From Ascoidea asiatica JCM 7603 (taxonomy: Eukaryota > Fungi > Ascomycota): DNA of 64,000 bases. The stretch covers positions 838,003 to 902,002 of the forward strand of contig BCKQ01000003.1 in assembly GCA_001600695.1 (NCBI GenBank), read 5' to 3'. Below are positions 55,433-64,000 of the stretch, one piece after another. Both the position numbers and the translations under genes were made by a program. Position 1 is the first letter of the stretch, and each line of letters begins with the position of its first letter. Under the pieces are notes generated by a model that was not told the DNA's origin, searched no databases, and worked only from the letters and a program-made list of their open reading frames with translations.

Positions 55433-58400
55433 TCAGCTTTCCTCATACATAGGAGGAAGTTCAGAAACAATAGATGAAGCATTGTTTTCATAAACATCCT
55501 CTCCTAAAACTTCTCCAATAGTTGAATATGTTGGACCAGTAAATCCTGATCTATGAGCTGTATCATTAGACATAGCTCTTGATAATGATAAAGGATCTAT
55601 ATTGCAATCATCATAAGTCGTTGTAGATTGAGGTTTTGGTGAACTATTTAAAAGAGGAAATGATGGAAAACTTTCATCCATACGACTATTAAAACCCATA
55701 GGAGAAAATGTAGGAGAATATACAGGAGAAGCTAAAGGACTTGAATAACTAAGTCTTGTTTCCAGTCTTTCTAAAGTGTATTCTGGTTGTTGAAGAGCTT
55801 CTTCAAAAGAAGGTAAACAATCATCATCAAGATCTTCATCAAATTTTGCTAAAACTGTATTTTCATCAGTAGGGGTTTCAATATATGGAGGTAAGTTTAT
55901 ATGTTCTGGTTTACATAAACTTGATAAGAAAACTATAGGAGTATCAATCATAACCTCAAAATGATGATATTTTTCATCAGTTGGATTATTTTTTTTTGAA
56001 ATTCTAAAACATATTTGAACTCTATGTGCAATATTAATGAAATCAAAATTAGAACTATCAGGAAAAAGTTTTAATTGACGAACATCTAATTCATTTCCTT
56101 GAGGTTGAGATAGAGATAAACGTTCCACTTTGAAATTTTTACCACCTGCTTTAATTATAGTTTGTCTACTTGAATCTATATTAGAAGTAGAAACAGGTTC
56201 TCTTTCTGCACTTCTGAAAAGCAATGGAGTTTCAATAACAATAGGAGAAGTTATTGCAATTTCTTTATCATCATCCTTTTTTAAAGAATTTTTATTTTCT
56301 GGTAAAGAATTGAAACAAAAAGTTAATAAATTATCTTTATGAGTATTTTTTACAATTTCTTCTCTTACAGCTTTTGAACCTTTTGATTTTGTTCTAATTT
56401 CAACTAAAGGTATTGTTCTTTCTTTTATAAAATTTTCAGAAGTTGTTTTACTTACTAAAACAATTTTTTCTAAAACATTTATTTTTATTCTTTTTATACA
56501 TATATCTTTAATTGATGGAACTAATTTAATTTTCATTGGAATTTCTGAATTTAAAGGTATATATTTTTGAGGAAAAGAAATTTCATAACCTAAAGAATCA
56601 TTCCAAATTCTATTAACATAAATTGGTTTATTAGCAGTTGAAAGAAATGAATCAGGTGGTGATCTAATTATTGGTAAATTAAAAGATCTTTGAATTAATT
56701 CATCTTTAAAATTTAAATTTTTTGAATCTTGATGATCAGGAGAATCAGTTAATTTTGTAAAATTTTTTAAGAAACCTAATTTTGACATAAAATTACCTTT
56801 TGTTGGAACAAGATTATTTAAATTTAAATTAAATGAATAATTTAATAAACCCTTTGGAGCTATAATAGTTTCAGGTAAATCAGGTTGAAATACACAAGGT
56901 AATATAAAAATATAATCACCTGGAGGATAATAAAAATATTGATCAGAAATTTCATCAGATTTTGAATCTTTTAAATTTTTAGAATTTGATTTTGAATCAA
57001 AAGATAAAGTATGAAATAAATGATTTTGATCTTCATGAAAATTTTTTCTTATTGATTTAAAAGTATGAGAATTTTTATCATCTAAATCTAGACTTTTAAC
57101 TCTTTTTAATTCCATACTTTTTTTATTTTTTATTAATCTTTTTTTATTTTCATCATTTAATAAATAATCATTATTAATTACATCATCAATTGAAAATAAA
57201 GAGAAATTTTGTAAATTTTGTTCAGATTTTGAACCTATAATTATTTTTTTAGATAAAGGAAATGAGGAATTATTTGAATTATTGGAATCATTTTCAAAAT
57301 CAATTTCATTATTTAAAGAAAGATTTGTATTACTTTTATTATTTTTAAATTGATTTAAACAATTTAAAGAATCAGAATCAGTTGGAATATAATAATTAAA
57401 ATCTTTTAAAAGGTTTAAATTCCAATCTTTTCTACCAATTAAAAATCTTTCATTAAAATTCATATAACCATCAAATAATTCTTTATATTTTGAATAATTA
57501 TAAGAATTATTTGTTTCAACAGTTGAACCTCTTGCCCATAAAATTTCACAAATTAAATCTAAAGAAATATTAAAATTATTTAAATCAACAGTAGTTGCAG
57601 TTGAATTTTGTTTTAAATTAAATGGAGTAGAATTTGAATTTGAATTTGAATTTGAATTTGAATTTGAATTTGAATTTGAATTTGATGATGAAGATGTAAA
57701 AGAGAAAGAAGAATTTGAAGAATTTATTGGAGATGAATTATCAAGGGTCATTTTTTTTTTTAATTTTGGTAAATTATGAGAAGCATGAACAGAAGGTTGT
57801 AAAATTGGAGAATTTACTGAACTTTGATGATGGTGATGATTATTATTGTTATTGTTATTAGTTGAAGATGAATTATAATTATTAATATTAGTATTATTAT
57901 TAGTATTTATACTTGTTGAATCAGAATCTAAAGAAGAATCATTATTTATATCATTAATATTTTTAGATATATTATTTTGATTTAAATTTGAATCATTTAA
58001 AGATATTGGAGAGTTATTATCATTAATAATTTTTGGAATTGAAATAACTATGGCAAAAGTATGTAAAGTTGAATCTGGATCTAAATTATTTTGTAAATTA
58101 TTATTATTAGTATTATTATTAGTATTATTATTAGTATTATTATTATTATTTTCATGATTATTATGATTATGAGTTGATTCATATAAATTTTCATCATCAT
58201 TATCATTATTATTAAAATCATTAAATAAATTTGCAACATGAGTTCTACGATTTGAATTAATATTATGAATATTTGAAGAATGATTATTATTATTTGAATT
58301 AATATAAGAAGGATTTTGAATATAAATTTTATCATTTGAATTTAAAATTGAAATTTTTAAATTATCATTTAAATATTGACTAAAATCATTGTTATTGTTG

Positions 58401-59427
58401 TTATTGTTGTTATTGTTGTTATTTATGGTATTATTTATATTGGCGCTTATATTTGTGTTTATATTATTATTATTATTATTATTATTATTTGAAGATGTAT
58501 TGGATATATTATTTGAATTATTTTGAGTAATATTATTATTTGAAATAGTATGTTTTAAAAGATATTGATGATTTTTTTGATATAATTTATTATTAATTGA
58601 ATTTTGAAAATGATTTGAATTTGAATTAACAATAATTGTTGAATTTATTGGAGAAGTTGTAGTTGTAGTTGTAGTTAAATTTGAATTTGAAATTAAAATA
58701 TTTGAAGAAATTGAATTATTTGAAGATACTGGAGATAATAATTTTAAAGAATTTAAGAAATTGAAATTATTTTTAAAAGAATTTGAAATATGAGATGAAT
58801 TACTTAAAGTTTTTTTTAATGGAGATAAATCTTGTAAAGAATTTTCAATACTATTATTATTATTATAATCTTCATTATCTTCATTTGTATTAGTGGTAGA
58901 AGTGGTTGGAGAAGAAGTTTTATTTATGAATTTAGATTGATTAAATTGATATAAATTTAAATTGATTAAGAATTTAATTGAATTTAAATTTGATAAATTA
59001 AAACCAAATTTTAATTTTAATATTTTTTTTAAATATTCAATATTATTCAAATTACTTGTTAAATTTTCAAGATTTGTTAATTCATTATCTTTAAATTTAT
59101 CAAATTTTAAAGGATTTTTAAATTTTAATTTATTATTAATTGAATTATTAATTGAATTATTAATTGAATTATTAATTGAATTATTATTTAAATTTTCAGA
59201 TATTGAAATATCTTTAATTGAATTCATTTTTGTTAAATTTGATTGATTTTGAAATTGATTTGTATTTATATTTGAATTTGAATTGGAGATTGAATTAGAA
59301 TTTGAATGAGAATGAGAATGAGAATGAGAATGAGAATGAGAATTGAAACGATGAAGATGTAAAGAAGAAGTTAAAGAAGATCTTCTTTTAGATAAAGAAG
59401 GATCCGAATTATTATGTATATTATTTG

Positions 59428-59479
<52 letters not shown>

Positions 59480-59611
59480 TGTAGTTGTAGAATTAGAATT
59501 AGAATTAGAAACAGGAGTTAAAATTGAATTTATTGGAGAAGTTGAAGCAGAACTTGATTTTCTAGTTCTATTATTGGAATTAGATCCTGAAAAATGAGTA
59601 AAAAGAGGCAT
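55433..59611 (-). CDS. ALY2: Alpha-arrestin Rsp5 adaptor (Aly1/Aly2, Art6/Art3 family), 1392 aa
   Basis: PPGDYIF..LPETI, KPIYVNRIWNDSLGYEISFPQKYIPL, HRVQICFRISK..HHFEVMIDTPI, PY-type motifs LPPY, LPSFEEA, LPPMY. ALY1 and ALY2 are not distinguishable. Confidence 0.85.
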
Positions 59612-61063
59612 TAATAATGCAATATTTAAATTATCTTTTAATTTTTAATATTTTTTATATTTGAATTATATATTGATATTGATATTGATATTGATATTGG
59701 TGATGTTCGAATTACAGTATATTGAAAAAGTAGATAGCAAAGAGTCGATTTGAATCCTAGATTTAATATTTTGGAATGTATTCTAATTAATATTTTATTA
59801 TTTTGATGTATTGGATTATATTCTTTTATTCAAAAGTATGATGATGATGATATATTATTTGATGTTTATTATCTATTACTATCATTATCATTATCATTAT
59901 CATTATCATTATCATTATCTTTATCGTATTGCCTTATTACTATTACTACTATTATCAAGTATCCTGATCTGGTTAATCTAATCTTTCTTAATTTTTCCTT
60001 GATCTTTCTTTGTCTGCTGTCTGATCACTGCCTTTTCTTACCAATTGGCTGTATTCTGGTCTATTGTTCCCCGGGCGGTGGCAAGTGTCCCGTTTAGCCA
60101 GGGCGGCTCCATCCCTTCAGCTGCGTGCGGGTCTCCCCGTCTGGCCCCATGCTCCTTCTCCTGCGGGTCGACTGCACGGGTGTGCAGTCGTGCAGTCGTG
60201 CAGTAATAAACTGATCATGTGGCTGAGACAACTCGCAATTCCACAGATTCACAAGCAGCAGAACCAGCAGCAGAACCATCTTCTTTTAATTCTTCATTAT
60301 CTTCATTATCATCAGCAAAAAGATCACATAATTTTATACTTTTTAATAACATATTCTTATTCTTATTCTTATTATTCTTATTATTCTTATTATTCTTATT
60401 ATTATTATTTTTATTAATATTATATCTTTTAGTAGCCATTATTCTTATCTTTATCTATTTTATTTCCATATATTTTATCTTTATCTATTTTATATTATTT
60501 GTTTTTTTTAGCATATATCAATTTCAATTTCAATTTCAATTTCAATTACAAATACAAATACAATTTCAATTACAAATACTTTTGTAATACTCTTTTGTGG
60601 TTGTCGGGTATAGCTTAAACCAATTTATTAACTTAACCTATATCCGATTACCATCTGGGTGGATTCAATAACATTTTAAATTTTAGATCCAATTTTAGAG
60701 TCAGATTTGAATTTCTATTTTTTGCCCAAGAAAATTCTATTTTAAGCCGTGTTTGAATACATCGGTAAGTCGCAAACTGCATAATCTGGGGATTATTTTA
60801 CATTATACTGTTTCTTTAGGGAATTTTGTTATTATATTACATAGTATCTATAATGTAAAATTATTATGAATGTGGAAATAAGTTTCATTAAAAACAGGGT
60901 TATAACGTGACTACCTTTATATTTGAATTTTAAAAATCAAATATAAAGGTGATTTTCATTTTTTTGATAAATCAATATTGAATTAAATAAGAAAGAGAAA
61001 AGAATAAAGGAAGACAAGAGATAGATTATAGATTATAAATTATAGATTATTAATTATTTTCTA

Positions 61064-62731
61064 ATGAAAGTGATATATAATAATTTGTTTTATAATTCCA
61101 AAAGAACAATTAATTCAATACTATTCAACAATAAAAGAAAATATTCAAATAAATTATCAAATGATATAAATGATATAAATGATATAAATGATATAAATGA
61201 TATAAATGATAGTAAAAACTTAAAAGAAGATAATGTTAAACAATTTCTTGAATTAGATGAAAATGGATATTTACCAATAAGTTTTAATAATAAAAATTTT
61301 AAAAATTTACCAAATCCATTTCAAGTTTATAATTTTATAAATTCAAAACCATTTTTAAAATCTTCAATAAAAAAAGAAGATAAATTAATTAATCCAAAAA
61401 TTTATTATGATTATTATTATAAAAATTTAGAAGAAGAGAAAGAAAAAGAAAAAGAAAAAGAAAATAAAGCTTTTGTACCTGATATGTTATATTATAATAA
61501 AGAAATGTCACATTATAATATACCAAGATTATCAGTAACAAGTTTATTAACAAATCAATATTGTGAATATAGATTTTTATATGATTTATATTCAAATTAT
61601 AAAAAAGAAACAAAGGCAATGAATTCAGGTAAAAAAATTCATTTTTTTTTAGAAAATGAAATTTATTTCTTAACTCAAGATAAATTAAATAATATTAAAG
61701 ATGAATTAATTAATAAAAAAGTAAATAAATTAAAATTAAGAAATTCAATTGATATTCTTGGTTATAAATGGATAAATAATATAATAAGATTAAAAAATTT
61801 ATTTTTTTTTGGAGAATCAAGAGAAATTTTAGTTCATGGATATTTTAATAAAATTTTAATATCTGGGATTATAGATCATTTAATTTTAACAAATTTTAAA
61901 TTAAAAAATATTGAATTAGAAGAAAATTTAAATTATTTAAGTAAATTTAATTATAAATTTGGTTTTAATAAATTTATAAATTTAGAAATTAATGAATTTT
62001 TTAAAAAATTTGATAATGAAATGAAAGAAATTTTATTAAATTATAAATTTAAAATAATTTTAAGTGATATAAAAAGTAGATATATTAAAAAAATTCCAAT
62101 TCAAAAAAAAATTATAAATTCATCAATTTTTCAAGTTAATTTATATTTTAAATTATTACAAGATTTAATTTTTAAAGATAATAATAAAATTTTTTTAAAT
62201 GAAGATGAAATTTATAAAAAAATTATAAAAAATTGTGAAAATAGAAATTTAAATATTGAAAAAAATATAAATAAAGATTATTTAAAATTATATATTATTG
62301 AATTTCCAGAATTTAAAAAATATGAAAAAAATGGTATAAATTTAAAAAAAATTGGAAAATTATTAAGTAAAATATTATATAGAATTGGACCATTTATTAA
62401 AATTTCAAATTTTAATAAAAATGAATTAAAAATTGAATATTTACTTAATTATAATGGTAAAATTTTTAAAGAATTAAATTTTTTAAAATTAAATAATTTC
62501 AAATTAAATGAAATTATTGAAAATAATTTTAATCTTTGGTTAGGTAAAAGAGATCCAAAAAGTATTGATGAACCAATATTAAATTTAAAAAAAGTTGATG
62601 AATTTGGTAATATTGATGAAATTAATTCAAAAGAAGTTGAAGAAATTAATGATATTAAAGAAAGATATTGTAATAAATGTAGATATAAAAAAAAATGTTC
62701 TTGGTTTCAAAAAAATAAAACTACAGATTAA
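61064..62731 (+). CDS. EXO5: Exonuclease V (Exo5/Dem1), 4Fe-4S RecB-family nuclease, 555 aa
   Basis: PRLSVTSLL..YCEY, GKKIH..LE, GESREILVHG, SGIIDHL, SDIKSR, QVNLY, WLGKRDP, terminal CNKCRYKKKCSW; basic N-terminus resembling a mitochondrial presequence. Confidence 0.92.
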   Translation: MKVIYNNLFYNSKRTINSILFNNKRKYSNKLSNDINDINDINDINDINDSKNLKEDNVKQFLELDENGYLPISFNNKNFKNLPNPFQVYNFINSKPFLKSSIKKEDKLINPKIYYDYYYKNLEEEKEKEKEKENKAFVPDMLYYNKEMSHYNIPRLSVTSLLTNQYCEYRFLYDLYSNYKKETKAMNSGKKIHFFLENEIYFLTQDKLNNIKDELINKKVNKLKLRNSIDILGYKWINNIIRLKNLFFFGESREILVHGYFNKILISGIIDHLILTNFKLKNIELEENLNYLSKFNYKFGFNKFINLEINEFFKKFDNEMKEILLNYKFKIILSDIKSRYIKKIPIQKKIINSSIFQVNLYFKLLQDLIFKDNNKIFLNEDEIYKKIIKNCENRNLNIEKNINKDYLKLYIIEFPEFKKYEKNGINLKKIGKLLSKILYRIGPFIKISNFNKNELKIEYLLNYNGKIFKELNFLKLNNFKLNEIIENNFNLWLGKRDPKSIDEPILNLKKVDEFGNIDEINSKEVEEINDIKERYCNKCRYKKKCSWFQKNKTTD

Positions 62732-62871
62732 TTATTAAATTCATCATCAGTTTATCATCAGATACTTTGTATATATATATTATTACTTCTTTCCCATACT
62801 GTACATTATTTCCTATATTATAAAGTAACAAGAATTTTATCAGTGTTTTATTACTGTTGTTTATTATTTTC

Positions 62872-63275
62872 TGGGCGAGACCAAGTCTGTGGGAGCCGTC
62901 GCAGGCAGGTTTTGAACTAGATCCGGTGCATCCTTGACTGCGGATGTGTCTGCTGACCACAGAATACAATCCGATAACGGACTGGCCCGGACGTAAGCCA
63001 CCGGGTCACGCTGCCGCAGCAACTGCGCTTTTTGTTGGCGTGGTTACCAAACGCCCAGACGGCCCTCGGAAATACCCTCGGAGATACTAGATGGCTGGCT
63101 TGCCGGGGTGGACTAAAACCAGAAAAATAGCCGTTTACAGCACCTCCCACCGGTACACTTACCTCGAGTCTACTTTTCACTATGCAAAAGTCTGGCCGGA
63201 GTGTCACATGTTCTGTTTTTTTGGCTGGCTGTCGGTTCCCAGCACGCTTGGCTTAGAAACAGCCTGCGCTGGTTT
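62872..63275. promoter_or_regulatory. GC-rich CGG-dense island, probable UAS of a gene beyond the window end
   Basis: Sharp GC rise; direct repeat CCCTCGGAAATA/CCCTCGGAGATA near 63063-63088; GTCACATG near 63203; followed by an AT-rich leader-like stretch. Confidence 0.45.
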
Positions 63276-64000
63276 AGAAATTGAGGAATCTTTTTAAGCT
63301 CAATCTGCATTTATATTTTTATTTTACTGGTTTTGAATCAAATATATTCAATTATATTCAATTATATTCAATTATATTCAAATATAATCAAATATATTCA
63401 AATATTTTCAATCTTTTCAGTAAATTATGGCGAATCAAATCCAAATTCATGTCAATTTAATTACAAATGCGATTTAATGGCTTTCCAAATATTATTTAAA
63501 CTTTTATTCTATTAAACATACTTTTTACTCCTGACTTTAACTTACTTAATTTAAATAATAAAATTTAAAGGTAACTTTTTAATAATTTCATTTCTTTAAT
63601 AATTAAAACTAAAATTACAATGGCTAGCTATTTTTTAAATTATAAATCTTAAATGTTAAATCTTATAAATTAATAAGGCTGAACGAACGTTTTGAAAAGA
63701 AAAGGAACTAATTTTTTCTTGCCTCTTTTTTTTTTTTTTTCAAATTACAATTCTTAAAATATACTCCATGAATTATTCATTTATTTCAATTAATCAATTA
63801 CAATTCCTAGAATATTTTATAAATTATATTCAATATCTCAATTACTTTTCCAAATTAAGCAAGCATTTTATTCTTCTTTATTTTAATCTCGTCTATTATA
63901 CTTTTCTTTCTTACATCAATCAATCAATCAATCAATCAATAATATATCTCAATCTTTTAATCAATTATATCCATTTCTTCAACTCATTCATATTCTAGAT

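Noticed and set aside
48710-59611. GPH1-RGS2-ALY as a glucose/cAMP functional cluster
   Set aside because: Loose thematic link only; nothing in the sequence supports co-regulation.
59962-59980. CCTGATCTGGTTAAT resembling part of a fungal TPP riboswitch
   Set aside because: Lacks the complementary CCAGCG, upstream CTGAGA core and intron context.
60064-60587. Short ORFs in the ALY/EXO5 divergent promoter
   Set aside because: Arise from a GC island plus simple repeats; no host-like codon usage or domain.
62917-63297. ORFs in the terminal GC island and a minus-strand GTAAGT near 63160
   Set aside because: GC-rich codons unlike real genes here; no matching branch point. The + strand ACACTTACCT is not a full U1 5' end and lacks other U1 features.
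1-64000. tRNA, rRNA, LTR/transposon or CRISPR features
   Set aside because: No cloverleaf with A/B boxes, no terminal repeats or transposase/RT motifs, no repeat-spacer array seen by eye; a covariance-model scan would be needed to exclude small RNAs.

Overview
Very AT-rich budding-yeast (Saccharomycotina) chromosomal DNA. Extreme Asn-homopolymer proteins, TTA-dominated Leu usage and near-absent CTG codons would fit an Ascoidea-like CUG-Ser2 clade species (inference, not determinable from this window alone). I find 18 protein-coding genes: FLC1-like TRP-type transporter, tandem-PWWP protein, UGA4/TPO5-family permease, GTT3, eIF5A, AME1/CENP-U, a greatly enlarged SDS3-like protein, a TM-RING-H2 ligase, eIF4B/TIF3, a divergent Cdt2/DTL-like WD40 protein, a hidden spliced 57-aa Cys4 microprotein, YGL242C-like ankyrin protein, KAP114, RTF1, GPH1, RGS2-like, ALY1/2 alpha-arrestin and EXO5. 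Four spliceosomal introns missed by the ORF track correct three gene starts (eIF5A, AME1, TIF3) and reveal one gene absent from the track (38399-38696). That CxxC-x14-CxxC microprotein gene, transcribed divergently from the Cdt2-like gene, is the best novelty candidate, followed by the Cdt2-like gene itself and the 1778-aa SDS3-like protein. Intergenic DNA carries discrete GC-rich islands with Cbf1-, Tbf1-, MCB- and STRE-like motifs. No tRNA, rRNA, CRISPR or mobile element was recognised. All homology calls are from recalled sequence motifs; no search was run.
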